Program-made: the position numbers and the translations under genes
IMG/VR virus record: IMGVR_UViG_3300028293_000005
Location: 9,874-73,873 of that record
DNA length: 64,000 nucleotides
Reading direction: 5' to 3' (one strand)
From: a virus
Taxonomy: Duplodnaviria > Caudoviricetes
The notes under the pieces: model-generated
The model's database searches: none
What the model was told of the DNA's origin: nothing
The model's input: the letters and a program-made list of their open reading frames with translations, nothing else
In this document: positions 55,464 through 63,971 of the stretch, piece by piece
How the letters are laid out: every line of letters begins with the position of its first letter
How positions within the stretch are numbered: the stretch's first letter is position 1

Positions 55464-55856
55464 TTACAGCGATTTTGCCAACCGCTGAATGCGCTTCGGC
55501 CGGGAGTCCCTTTTGGCCGGCGTCAAGGTCCGTTTTGCTATAACTCCTTCAACGATAGCGAGTAAGCGTTGCCAGCGCGCCGCGTCGTGTTGCACCATCC
55601 GGCCCACGGCGGACGCGTCGCCCCCATATTCGGCAGACAACCGGTCCGCATTTCGCAGGAGACACTTCAGCCGGCGCTGAAAGCGGCCCAGGTAAACAAT
55701 GCCGCGACGTTCCAGCCGGGCGAGAAAACTTTCCTCGCTGAAGTGTGTCGGAAATAGACGGCAGGGCCGGCGGACCCGCGCCGCGCGTTCGGCTTTCGCC
55801 TGCCTCTTTAAATAAAGAGCGCGTGCAATGACTGGGCAGGTGGTCTCAGCGTGCAT
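55464..55856 (-). CDS. Basic hypothetical protein
   Basis: ATG at 55856. Confidence 0.5.
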   Translation of the reverse strand: MHAETTCPVIARALYLKRQAKAERAARVRRPCRLFPTHFSEESFLARLERRGIVYLGRFQRRLKCLLRNADRLSAEYGGDASAVGRMVQHDAARWQRLLAIVEGVIAKRTLTPAKRDSRPKRIQRLAKSL

Positions 55857-56073
55857 TATGGGCTCCTTTCTTCGTGGTCGGCCCTCCGAACCCTCCCAGC
55901 GCGTAATTGCGCCGCAGAGCGGCAATGGCGGCTTCCTGCGTGGCACCGCAGCCGGACAGGTCCAGCTTAGTTTCCTGTTCGGTGACTATCCAGCATCGGC
56001 CGAATTCCGGCTTGCACCGGCCTATTCCCTCAACCGTTATGGTTGTGTCCTTCTTTTCGTTTGTCGGTCTCAT
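55846..56073 (-). CDS. Small hypothetical protein
   Basis: ATG at 56073; GCGATQEAA HicB-like motif. Confidence 0.45.
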   Translation of the reverse strand: MRPTNEKKDTTITVEGIGRCKPEFGRCWIVTEQETKLDLSGCGATQEAAIAALRRNYALGGFGGPTTKKGAHNAR

Positions 56074-56266
56074 GTTTTGGTTGTTCGTTCGCCATGGCCA
56101 CAGCGTTGGCGCACACCTCGCAAAAGCGAAGGCGCCGGCGCGTGACTGAATCAATTATCGTGAACTGCCGGAATTCGACTTCCTGCATGCCAATCATTCG
56201 GCGCAGCCGGTTGCTGTCCCCGGCTTCCATGTGACAGCCGCAAAGGGCGTTCTCGCAAAACTTCAC
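56030..56266 (-). CDS. Small zinc-finger-like protein
   Basis: CENALC and FCEVC. Confidence 0.5.
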   Translation of the reverse strand: MKFCENALCGCHMEAGDSNRLRRMIGMQEVEFRQFTIIDSVTRRRLRFCEVCANAVAMANEQPKHETDKRKEGHNHNG

Positions 56267-56754
56267 TTGATGCGCAGCGTTAATTCCCGTGCCGTGGAAC
56301 CCAGCAGCGTCGTGATGGACTCCGCGAGGTTAGCCGCCAGGGAGCCCCCCAGGACAAAACCTCCGGTGATGTTGACCGGCGTCCCCCGCAGGCGGTCGCG
56401 CAGCGTGATGTGGCAGCGGTCCTGGCCGCGGGAAAACCGCAGCACGATATCGCACGATGCGCCGTGAAAGAACACCTGTCCAACGTGCAGCGCCAGCGAC
56501 TTCTCGTCCCCGTCGTGCGGGAATAACTGCCGGACCGTCTGCCCGTCCGTCAAGCGAATGGCGGCGTTCTCGCGTTTCTCGATTTTCGAACCGACGCGCC
56601 GAACGCTCTGGGCGCCGGGGAAGAGTTTATACACCTCGGCTTCCAGCGCCGCGTAGGTATCGCGGGCGGACGCGCCGGGTTTGCCGCAGGGAACCTCGAC
56701 AGTGACCAAGCCACCATCGACCATAAAAGAGCCAAGCATGACGTTTGAATTCAT
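56263..56754 (-). CDS. Hypothetical protein
   Basis: Own phage-type promoter. Confidence 0.6.
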   Translation of the reverse strand: MNSNVMLGSFMVDGGLVTVEVPCGKPGASARDTYAALEAEVYKLFPGAQSVRRVGSKIEKRENAAIRLTDGQTVRQLFPHDGDEKSLALHVGQVFFHGASCDIVLRFSRGQDRCHITLRDRLRGTPVNITGGFVLGGSLAANLAESITTLLGSTARELTLRIK

Positions 56755-56764
56755 TCTATCTAAT

Positions 56765-56793
56765 ACCAGTGGAAGCCTTTTTCGATTTGTATA
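56765..56793 (-). promoter_or_regulatory. Phage-type promoter TATACA-N16-CACTGGT
   Basis: Exact 16-nt spacer; ATG at 56754. Confidence 0.65.
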
Positions 56794-56796
56794 GGG

Positions 56797-57003
56797 TTAT
56801 TCCACCTTGAACTGACAGGCGTAAATTTTTTGGTGCCCTGGCTGCCGGTAGTCCACCACGAGCGTGTGCCCGTGATAGAACAGGCCCAGCGCCTCGACAA
56901 TTCTTTCCCGCTGCGCGCCGACGATGGCGACGTTGTCCGGCTCGGGGAAGCCCACTTCTTTCAGCCGCGCGTCGATTTGTTTTTCTAGTTCGGATTTTTT
57001 CAT
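56797..57003 (-). CDS. Small hypothetical protein
   Basis: ATGA coupling at 57003. Confidence 0.5.
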   Translation of the reverse strand: MKKSELEKQIDARLKEVGFPEPDNVAIVGAQRERIVEALGLFYHGHTLVVDYRQPGHQKIYACQFKVE

Positions 57004-57176
57004 GTGCAGATTGTGTATACTGTTCCGTCGCGGCGGGAAGTCACGCCGACTTCCCAAGTGAACCACTGCGGATATTTCCCGCGATATTTTTTCACACTGA
57101 CCACGCGAGCCTCAGAGTTGAACCATGTCGGGAACTTCTGGCCTATGCGCGGGCGTTTCGGTCGTATCGTTTTCAC
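57000..57176 (-). CDS. 58-aa protein (not in ORF track)
   Basis: Hand translation includes KYRGKYPQWFTWEVGVT; 4-nt overlaps at both ends. Confidence 0.5.
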   Translation of the reverse strand: MKTIRPKRPRIGQKFPTWFNSEARVVSVKKYRGKYPQWFTWEVGVTSRRDGTVYTICT

Positions 57177-59179
57177 GCGGCCCCCTTTGCCAGCTCGGCC
57201 TTCAATTCCGCGATGAACGCGGCGCCCAGCTGGCGGTGGTATTTGAAAAGGATACGCGCACCCAGAGCGGCCTGCTTTTGCGTGATGGTTGCCCGGTGCG
57301 CCAACGCGTGCCCGATTCGCACGTCCACGGCGGCGAAGCCCACGTCATCGAGTTTGCGCGCACCATCGCACACACCCGCGAGAGTCTTCATTCCCAGGTG
57401 CACCAATTCCGCGCAGCGGTCCGTCACCAGCCGCGCCTCAGCCGCCACCTTCTCGAACGTCAGGCGGACGTTCGTCACGGGTTCGACTTCTTCCACCTCG
57501 GCCTCGGCCCAGTCCGTTACTTTGTCCAGGCAGGCATCGATGACCGCGAGTTTTTCCACGATGGTGCGGGCCATGTGCGAGTCCAGCGAACCCTCAAGCA
57601 CGAGGTAAGAGCAAAGCACGCTGTCCTTCTGGCCGATGCGGTGCGCGCGGTCTTCCATCTGCGCGTGCTTGCCCGGCACCCATTGCATTTCGACAAAGAC
57701 CACATGAGTCCCAGCGGTGAGCGTCAGCCCCTCGGCCGCGGCGAGGTTGCCCACGAAAACATTGCACTCCGCGTCGTTTTGGAAGCGGTCAACCTGTTCC
57801 ATCCGCTTGTGTGCCGGCGTTTCTCCGGTGATGACCGCGGCCTGCGGGAACTGCGCGACAATCTGCGCGACCACGTCCAGGTGATGGGCGAACACCAAAA
57901 CTTTTCCGGACTCCAGGGCGTCTTCGATGAACGCGAGACATTGCGGCAGTTTCGCCAGCGCGACCTTGTGCCGGATTTCGGCCATGTCTTCGAACGCGGC
58001 GCCTTGCCCGCGGCGCAGCGCGTGGACGGCCTCGGCGTATTCCTCGCGGCTTTCGCCAGCGCGGGCCAGCTCAACACGAGCGCGCAATTCAACTAGCGCG
58101 GCCTCGCGTTCGGCCACCATTGACTCCTCCAGTTCAAGCAATTCTTTGCAGCCGGCCGCGTCCAGCTCGATGACTTGGCGCTGCTTGGCCGGCAATTCGG
58201 TCAGCACGTCCTTTTTCAGGCGGCGGACCATAATGGTTGAGCGGAGTTTATGCTGCAGTTCGGCCTCATTGCTGTGGCCGGAAAAGTCCCAACCGAAACC
58301 GTTTTGCTTAGCGGCGCAATAGCGGCGCGCAAACTGGAAAAAGTTTGTCTTCGGCCAGCTGACGGGGTCCAGGTCGTTCAACACGGGCCAGACTTCAATC
58401 GGGCGGTTCTCGATGGGCGTTCCGGTCAGCGATACCTTGCGCGCGGCCCGCGTGGATAACGTCGCCTTGGTGCGGCGCGCCTTGGGGTTCTTCACGTATT
58501 GGCTTTCGTCGCATACGCGCAGGTCCCAGGTGCGGTCCGCAATGTTCGGCAGGAACTTGTGGATTGTGTCATAATTCACAATCACGATATCGGCGCGGGA
58601 AAACGGCTTGTTGCTGTATTGCACCTCGACTGTCATCGGGCGAGTAAGCCACTTTTTTAGTTCGCGCGCCCAGTTCAGCTTGAGCGTATTCGGGCACACA
58701 ATCAAAACGGACTTGATGTTGGGGTCCAGGTTAATGAGGCCGATTGCCTGGATGGTTTTGCCAAGTCCCATTTCGTCGCCGATAAGGGCGCCGCGGCCCA
58801 CGGACCAGCACTGGCGCGCGTAGGCGATGCCGGCGCGTTGGTAGGGCAGATACTCCAGGCCGGCGGGGCGGGGGATATCGAGCGCCGCGTCTTGGGCACG
58901 GGAGGCTTCGACCGCGACGGCGCGCTTTTCTTGGTCCGCCTTGGCCGCGACCGGGTCAACGTGCGCCCACCAGTTGATGACCCAAGAGCCGTCGTTTTGG
59001 CGTTTCGGCGCTATCCCGGCGGCGCGGAGAGTTTCCTTGTTCTGTTTCCACGCGTCCCAGAACGAAGCCGGAACAGTGAAAGACACGCGTAGAATCCGGT
59101 CCGTCCCATCCTGGAGCCGAACCTTTTTGGGCGCGCCCCAAGGAAGAAGTTTTTCGAGGTCAACAATTTTTTCGTTCAT
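57173..59179 (-). CDS. SNF2-family helicase (SMARCAL1/HARP-like)
   Basis: LPYQ, GDEMGLGKT, CDESQ, LTGTP, VRRLKKDVLTELP, QMEDRAHRIGQ. Confidence 0.9.
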   Translation of the reverse strand: MNEKIVDLEKLLPWGAPKKVRLQDGTDRILRVSFTVPASFWDAWKQNKETLRAAGIAPKRQNDGSWVINWWAHVDPVAAKADQEKRAVAVEASRAQDAALDIPRPAGLEYLPYQRAGIAYARQCWSVGRGALIGDEMGLGKTIQAIGLINLDPNIKSVLIVCPNTLKLNWARELKKWLTRPMTVEVQYSNKPFSRADIVIVNYDTIHKFLPNIADRTWDLRVCDESQYVKNPKARRTKATLSTRAARKVSLTGTPIENRPIEVWPVLNDLDPVSWPKTNFFQFARRYCAAKQNGFGWDFSGHSNEAELQHKLRSTIMVRRLKKDVLTELPAKQRQVIELDAAGCKELLELEESMVAEREAALVELRARVELARAGESREEYAEAVHALRRGQGAAFEDMAEIRHKVALAKLPQCLAFIEDALESGKVLVFAHHLDVVAQIVAQFPQAAVITGETPAHKRMEQVDRFQNDAECNVFVGNLAAAEGLTLTAGTHVVFVEMQWVPGKHAQMEDRAHRIGQKDSVLCSYLVLEGSLDSHMARTIVEKLAVIDACLDKVTDWAEAEVEEVEPVTNVRLTFEKVAAEARLVTDRCAELVHLGMKTLAGVCDGARKLDDVGFAAVDVRIGHALAHRATITQKQAALGARILFKYHRQLGAAFIAELKAELAKGAA

Positions 59180-59183
59180 GGAA

Positions 59184-59345
59184 CTATTCGCGGGTTCGGA
59201 TGCGGTCTGCAATTCTATCCGCCATTCTCTCCTCTTCTTTATTCCAACACCATCCGAGAAACATCAAAAGTCCGAGAAAAGGAAGGGCGGACATAAATAA
59301 TTCCACGCCCCAGATTAACAAGCCACCTAATATCTTGACGTCCAT
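59184..59345 (-). CDS. Small membrane protein
   Basis: Hydrophobic N-half, charged tail. Confidence 0.45.
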   Translation of the reverse strand: MDVKILGGLLIWGVELFMSALPFLGLLMFLGWCWNKEEERMADRIADRIRTRE

Positions 59346-59349
59346 ATAA

Positions 59350-59604
59350 TTAAAGCGTTTCGAGCACCAGGAAATTGCTGTCCTTGGGAAACAGTGTGAG
59401 CCGGCCCCAGTCGGCGCGGTCCAGCGTGGCATAGACCGGCACCTTGCCGGCGGGGAAGTATTCGACCTTGACGGTCTGGTCACGCAGCGGAATGTTGGTA
59501 ATGCGGGCCTCCACAATCCTGGCGCTGTAGCTGCCGCCGTCAAATCCGGCGAACACTACTACCGCGCCGATGTCTTTCTTGCTGAATTGATATGTTTTAT
59601 TCAT
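59350..59604 (-). CDS. Small hypothetical protein
   Basis: Leaderless start after canonical promoter. Confidence 0.6.
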   Translation of the reverse strand: MNKTYQFSKKDIGAVVVFAGFDGGSYSARIVEARITNIPLRDQTVKVEYFPAGKVPVYATLDRADWGRLTLFPKDSNFLVLETL

Positions 59605-59609
59605 GGCTG

Positions 59610-59638
59610 AATATAAGGCCGGTCGTTGCGTTTGTCAA
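59610..59638 (-). promoter_or_regulatory. Canonical sigma-70 promoter TTGACA-N17-TATATT
   Basis: Read on - strand; ATG at 59604. Confidence 0.75.
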
Positions 59639-59643
59639 ATCGG

Positions 59644-60024
59644 TCAGCTAACTTTTTCCAAAACGGACAAGGCGGCAGCCGCCGGGCATTCCGCGTCGAA
59701 CACCTGGACCGCGGCGGACCGCACCAGCAGCCCCCGGTCGTTCACAAGCTGGACCGTCACGAAGTCGAAGTCCTCGGCGCGGTCTTCCAGCAGGCGGCTA
59801 ATGGCGCGCCGGACGGCGCCGCGAAAGAACGTCACGCCCACTTCGATGGTCAACTTGCCACCGTATTGGCGCGCCCGCGCGTAGCCGCGGTTCAGGGCCA
59901 GCTGCCGGACGTCGGCGCCCGTGTTGTCGTGGATATCCGTGTTGGCCTCCAGCCATTCCTCGTGACACAGGCCGTCCAGCGCCGCAAACTTTCCGCCGGG
60001 CAAAATCCAGCCGGAGATAGTCAC
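59644..60024 (-). CDS. Hypothetical protein (GWILPxG...H family)
   Basis: SGWILPGGK..HEEW..ALNRG. Confidence 0.55.
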   Translation of the reverse strand: MTISGWILPGGKFAALDGLCHEEWLEANTDIHDNTGADVRQLALNRGYARARQYGGKLTIEVGVTFFRGAVRRAISRLLEDRAEDFDFVTVQLVNDRGLLVRSAAVQVFDAECPAAAALSVLEKVS

Positions 60025-60183
60025 AGGGACCCCGCTTTCAGCAGAAGATAAAGGAACGCAAGAAACGCCAGCCCAATAAGCATGGGAAACAAAAACGAGT
60101 CCAGAAAATCGCGCCGGCCGGTCAGTGGGTTTTTATCGAATAGATTCATCGTGGTGGTAGTGTCGCACCGGCGCGGCGCGGTG

Positions 60184-60549
60184 TCAAGGCGCCTGCACAT
60201 ATTTTTTTCGGTCCAGGCTCCGGTGATTATCGTCCGCTCTGTTCACCCAAACCGTCCTCACGAGCATGTCTGGCACGCCGATTGCTAGGACCAGATGCAG
60301 CCGCGGGTCGCATTGCATCGGCCGGCGCACCAGGATTCCCGAGGCGCGGCCCGCGGTGGTCTCGACCTGGATTAACGCCCAGTCGGCCAGCAGTAATGAC
60401 CGCGGCAGTTCCCGCGGCGGCACGCAGTCATCCAGAGCCGCAAAGCGCGCATGCTTACCATAGCGCAACATGGCGAAGTCGTGGCACTGGACGGCCGCAA
60501 CAAGGTCCGCCGGCAGGTAAATGTCCCGGTGATAGACGCGCGGTGTCAT
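60184..60549 (-). CDS. Hypothetical protein
   Basis: VYHRDIYLP..YGKHA..TVWVN..DNHRSLD. Confidence 0.6.
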   Translation of the reverse strand: MTPRVYHRDIYLPADLVAAVQCHDFAMLRYGKHARFAALDDCVPPRELPRSLLLADWALIQVETTAGRASGILVRRPMQCDPRLHLVLAIGVPDMLVRTVWVNRADDNHRSLDRKKYVQAP

Positions 60550-60552
60550 GGC

Positions 60553-60726
60553 TTAGCGCGATTGGATGACCTGCCCAGTGGTCGCGTCCACAATTTGATA
60601 GTGGTCGCTGTGCGTGGCGAAAACATGGTTCTGTGCCTCTTCGAGGGCGTCATACGACGCCGCGAAGTCGCTCCATCCGCCGGATGGATACCAGCGGTCG
60701 AAGGTGAAAACGAGAAAGCGTTTCAT
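60553..60726 (-). CDS. Small hypothetical protein
   Basis: FLVFTFDRWYPSGGWSDF. Confidence 0.65.
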   Translation of the reverse strand: MKRFLVFTFDRWYPSGGWSDFAASYDALEEAQNHVFATHSDHYQIVDATTGQVIQSR

Positions 60727-60730
60727 GATG

Positions 60731-60967
60731 TTAGTCTCCCAGCGACCGCCAGCCTTCAGCAATCGCGGTTTGCTCCACATGGTTGAGCACGCCAGCCAAA
60801 AGTTCCGGGTGTATCTGTTCGTGCACATACGCGCGCACGATGTAAGCGGTTGGTTCCTCGCGGCGAAACTTGGCCAAGGCATCCGCCAGACTGGGCATGT
60901 CGTCTAGGTCGCGGCGAAAAGTTACCGCTCCGTTTTCTCGAATCTTCCAAACAATCGAATAGTTCAT
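60731..60967 (-). CDS. Small hypothetical protein
   Basis: Leaderless start after promoter. Confidence 0.55.
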   Translation of the reverse strand: MNYSIVWKIRENGAVTFRRDLDDMPSLADALAKFRREEPTAYIVRAYVHEQIHPELLAGVLNHVEQTAIAEGWRSLGD

Positions 60968-60972
60968 GGTAT

Positions 60973-61001
60973 ACTGTCGCGCAGGTGGCGCGGTTTGTCA
61001 A
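60973..61001 (-). promoter_or_regulatory. Canonical-type promoter TTGACA-N17-GACAGT
   Basis: ATG at 60967. Confidence 0.6.
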
Positions 61002-61197
61002 CTCACGTATGCAGTTAGTTCGTAACGTCCTGAATCCGAACGGTAAAGGACAACGTGAAAATACTTGCGGGTGCGTCGGTCGCGCAGCAGTTCAATCGAG
61101 AACGCGCCAGTTTATGCGTGCACGCGCGATTAGGGTTTGAGCGAAGACGTCTTGAGCGGGTTGGAGAACGTTTCGTTGGAGAATGTTTTTCATGGGA

Positions 61198-61563
61198 TTA
61201 AATATCGTCGCAGCGATTGCTGTAGCAGGACTTGCAAAGCACTGCGGGCACGTTGGGGTCGTTATAAACATCCGCGGCATACGGGCACGTAGTCTCGACA
61301 ACATCGTCATTCGTCGAACCGCACGATTCGCAAACCAGAACCTTCTTACGCCGGCGGCGCGGCTTGGCTGGCGCGGCCACTGCCGGCGGCGCGTCACAAC
61401 CGGCCACAGGTTGGCCTACGCTGACCGCTTTAGCCAGCGAGTCCTGCAGGATGCCGGCGGACGCGCCACAGAGGCGCTGCTGCATGGCAACGCTGATGGT
61501 TGCCATTTTCGCGAACCATTCGGCCAGTTCAGCGGTGGGGAAGGTGATGGTGACAGTGTGCAT
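61198..61563 (-). CDS. Hypothetical protein with C-terminal zinc finger
   Basis: CESC, TCPY, LCKSC..RCDDI. Confidence 0.6.
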   Translation of the reverse strand: MHTVTITFPTAELAEWFAKMATISVAMQQRLCGASAGILQDSLAKAVSVGQPVAGCDAPPAVAAPAKPRRRRKKVLVCESCGSTNDDVVETTCPYAADVYNDPNVPAVLCKSCYSNRCDDI

Positions 61564-61725
61564 GATGTTACTTAGTGAGGGTGTAGACAAGGATGGCAAT
61601 CGGCGCGCCAATCAGGGCGCCGAACAATAGGCAGGCGAAAAATCCCACCAGATTGCCGATAAAAGATTCGAGGTCAAAATTCATTGGAAAAATTCGGGGG
61701 CGTCCCTTCCCCCTAGCATTAGGAA

Positions 61726-61917
61726 TTAGTTTTGGATGCCGCAGGCGGCGAGAAACCGCCGGTCGTCGAACCGCGGATTGTCGTTGGCGCAGGCACGCGC
61801 GATGCTGCCGGCCAGCCGAGCGATAGCGGCGCGGGCCTCGACGTTGTCTGCGTCCACGGCCAGCTGATAGTTTTCCGCGATTGCCGCGGCCAGTGCTTCG
61901 AAGTGTTTTCTGCTCAT
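61726..61917 (-). CDS. Small hypothetical protein
   Basis: MSRKHFEALA..NPRFDDRRFLAAC, a common phage early-protein pattern. Confidence 0.7.
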   Translation of the reverse strand: MSRKHFEALAAAIAENYQLAVDADNVEARAAIARLAGSIARACANDNPRFDDRRFLAACGIQN

Positions 61918-61954
61918 GTTCGTTTGAATCTAAGTTTAAGTTTACCGACAGGAT

Positions 61955-61983
61955 ATTATCGGCCCTCCGTGGCCGGTTGTCAA
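61955..61983 (-). promoter_or_regulatory. Canonical-type promoter TTGACA-N17-GATAAT
   Basis: Read on - strand upstream of 61917. Confidence 0.7.
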
Positions 61984-61985
61984 AT

Positions 61986-62420
61986 TTATTTCGCAGCTTT
62001 TTTCGCCTCGAAAAAGGCCTGCAGTCCAGCCTGTCCAGGCTCGCACAGCCGACACAAGTCCACGATGGTGTCCAGGTCCACTTCCACGCCGTGGTCTTCC
62101 AGGGTGCAGAAAACGCCGTCGGGGTCTGAAGGCATCAAGTTAATGGCCTCGGCTAACATCCAACGATGCCGGCGGTCTACAGCCGCGCACAGGCCGCGCA
62201 CGAACGCGTCGTGGTTGGGACAAGCAGCGCGGCGGGTGTTGAAGGATTCCGTTCGCAGGCGCGCCAGCTCGGCGCCCGTGACGCCCGGCTTGGCTTTGCG
62301 GTAGCACTTCCAGCCGTGCCCGTCGTTGCGCAAAACGTGCCCGTCTTCCATGACGACCAAGGAGTGAGTTACGTATTCGAATCGGGCCAATTCAGCCCCG
62401 TGTTTTTTCAGTGTAGCCAT
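61986..62420 (-). CDS. Hypothetical protein
   Basis: A-rich leader then ATG; ORF ends beside a promoter. Confidence 0.6.
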   Translation of the reverse strand: MATLKKHGAELARFEYVTHSLVVMEDGHVLRNDGHGWKCYRKAKPGVTGAELARLRTESFNTRRAACPNHDAFVRGLCAAVDRRHRWMLAEAINLMPSDPDGVFCTLEDHGVEVDLDTIVDLCRLCEPGQAGLQAFFEAKKAAK

Positions 62421-62444
62421 TTGTCGTTCTTCAGTTTAGGTTTA

Positions 62445-62578
62445 TCGGTTGAGAGTGCCGCAGGTTAACGCGTGGAGGGGTTCCGTTTCGAGCGGACCGG
62501 AGCGCGCCTAGGTTTATCTTCACGCTACGTGGCCCATGCCATGTTACCCTCACCGCGTCCTGCGGCGTTCTCAACCGA
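62445..62578. ncRNA. Candidate structured RNA or ssDNA element (long closing stem, multibranch loop)
   Basis: 18/20 inverted repeat 62445-62464 vs 62559-62578, a second inner stem and internal hairpins, in a 215-nt intergenic gap. Confidence 0.5.
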
Positions 62579-62635
62579 CGCCCCAACATACCACAGCCAG
62601 GGAGGACCGCAAGCAGAACCAACCCCTAAAGAAGA

Positions 62636-62896
62636 CTAGGGGATTTCCTTATTCAAGAGGGGAGCCCCTTCTTGCAGGGCATGGAAAATAAAACTGGCTT
62701 CAGAAAACTCGGCTTGCGCCTTGGGAACCTGCGCCAGGATTTTCAGATATACATCGGTAGTGTTAGCCCAGCCAGCGGTTGCGGCTGTCCGGCCTGCAAG
62801 ATGATTATTAAAGCGTCGTCTCGGGTCTTCGGTTTTTCCGATGTAGCGCAGAGTGTCCGTTTCAAAGTCAAACAATCCGTAAATAAAAACTTTCAT
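62636..62896 (-). CDS. Minimal GIY-YIG endonuclease
   Basis: VFIYGLFDF..LRYIGKT..RRRFNNH..E..I..LLN. Confidence 0.75.
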   Translation of the reverse strand: MKVFIYGLFDFETDTLRYIGKTEDPRRRFNNHLAGRTAATAGWANTTDVYLKILAQVPKAQAEFSEASFIFHALQEGAPLLNKEIP

Positions 62897-63240
62897 AGTA
62901 TTCTTGCGAGAAGGTAGTCCTCGTCCCGGCGGGTAAAGTGCCGCCGGACCGGGCAAAACTCGAACACGTTCGCCTCGCGCCCGGCGCGCTCGAAGAAGGG
63001 CTGCAGTGCTTGATACACGTAGCCGGGAACCCGGTGAGGGTTGTCGAGCGTGAACAGCGCGACCCCACAAAACTGCGCGGCCTCAGTCGCTGGCAATGGG
63101 AACGAATGAAAAGTCGAGATGCCGCCGGCCAGCCGCCAATACGCTTCTATATCTGCGCAGGGAGTTACAACGTAAACGTCAACGCGCTGTTCGGTTGGTA
63201 TCGGCAGCGCCTTGGCCTTTAATTCGTCAGCGAGTTCCAT
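62893..63240 (-). CDS. Hypothetical protein
   Basis: ATGA coupling to next gene. Confidence 0.5.
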   Translation of the reverse strand: MELADELKAKALPIPTEQRVDVYVVTPCADIEAYWRLAGGISTFHSFPLPATEAAQFCGVALFTLDNPHRVPGYVYQALQPFFERAGREANVFEFCPVRRHFTRRDEDYLLARIL

Positions 63241-63276
63241 GCGATGCGAGCGCGCACAACAGCGCGGCGGAAAAAA

Positions 63277-63504
63277 TTAGGACAAGTAGCCACATGCACC
63301 ATATATCTTAACGTAGCGCCCGGGTTTGGTATGCTTGAAGGCAGAATCTTTGCTGGCTGGAAGACGTGAGAATGCCACCTCTTCCAGGTTCTTTGCATAC
63401 GCGACTGAATCGGTTGTGCGATTACGACTTCCCTTGCCGTTTGCACCATGTAAACCGATATCGCGGCTGCTTCCCCGGAGTCCGGACTTTATATTTTTGT
63501 TCAT
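63277..63504 (-). CDS. Small basic hypothetical protein
   Basis: NGKGSRNR..YAKN motif. Confidence 0.5.
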   Translation of the reverse strand: MNKNIKSGLRGSSRDIGLHGANGKGSRNRTTDSVAYAKNLEEVAFSRLPASKDSAFKHTKPGRYVKIYGACGYLS

Positions 63505-63971
63505 GGAAAATTTAATTTGGCAAATTCTCCAAACACTTCTCGTGCTTTGGAGTCATACGTGCGAGCCGCCGCTTCTTCGGTGTCGAAATATCCCAAATGG
63601 GTGCTGTCGAGTTGGGCTCGCCATTTTCCAGTAGACGCGAGACTAACGCCCTTGAAAGAGGAAGAACGTCCCGATTGTTTCTTTTGATTGCTCAAGTTTT
63701 GTCGATGGGAACAAGACCGCAAATTGTGCCGTCGATTGTTCAATCCATCGCCATCCTTGTGGTCTACTTCTGAGCCCTCTTTTTCTTCAAGAAGAAAGCG
63801 ATGCATCCGCACGACTTTACGGCTGCGACCTTTTCCTATGTGGGTGGCTGCATACCACGTATTATGAATACGGTCGGCATACCAACTAAAGCCGCGGACT
63901 TTTTCAAAGTCTTCGAAGTCCACCACCGCGACCTTGCCTTGCGACAAAGGAATGAATACCTCTGCATTCAT
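63501..63971 (-). CDS. HNH-AP2 homing endonuclease
   Basis: VDHKDGDGLNNRRHNLR; SSSFKGV..HLGYFDTEEAAARTYD..LNFP. Confidence 0.9.
   Translation of the reverse strand: MNAEVFIPLSQGKVAVVDFEDFEKVRGFSWYADRIHNTWYAATHIGKGRSRKVVRMHRFLLEEKEGSEVDHKDGDGLNNRRHNLRSCSHRQNLSNQKKQSGRSSSFKGVSLASTGKWRAQLDSTHLGYFDTEEAAARTYDSKAREVFGEFAKLNFP

Noticed and set aside
62431-62622. 63-aa ORF with an LPGC lipobox-like start
   Set aside because: TTG start, no basic n-region, and it coincides with the strongly paired inverted repeat
2472-63971. Group I introns or inteins hosting the endonucleases
   Set aside because: Every endonuclease lies between complete genes with no flanking non-coding room for intron cores; no intein termini seen
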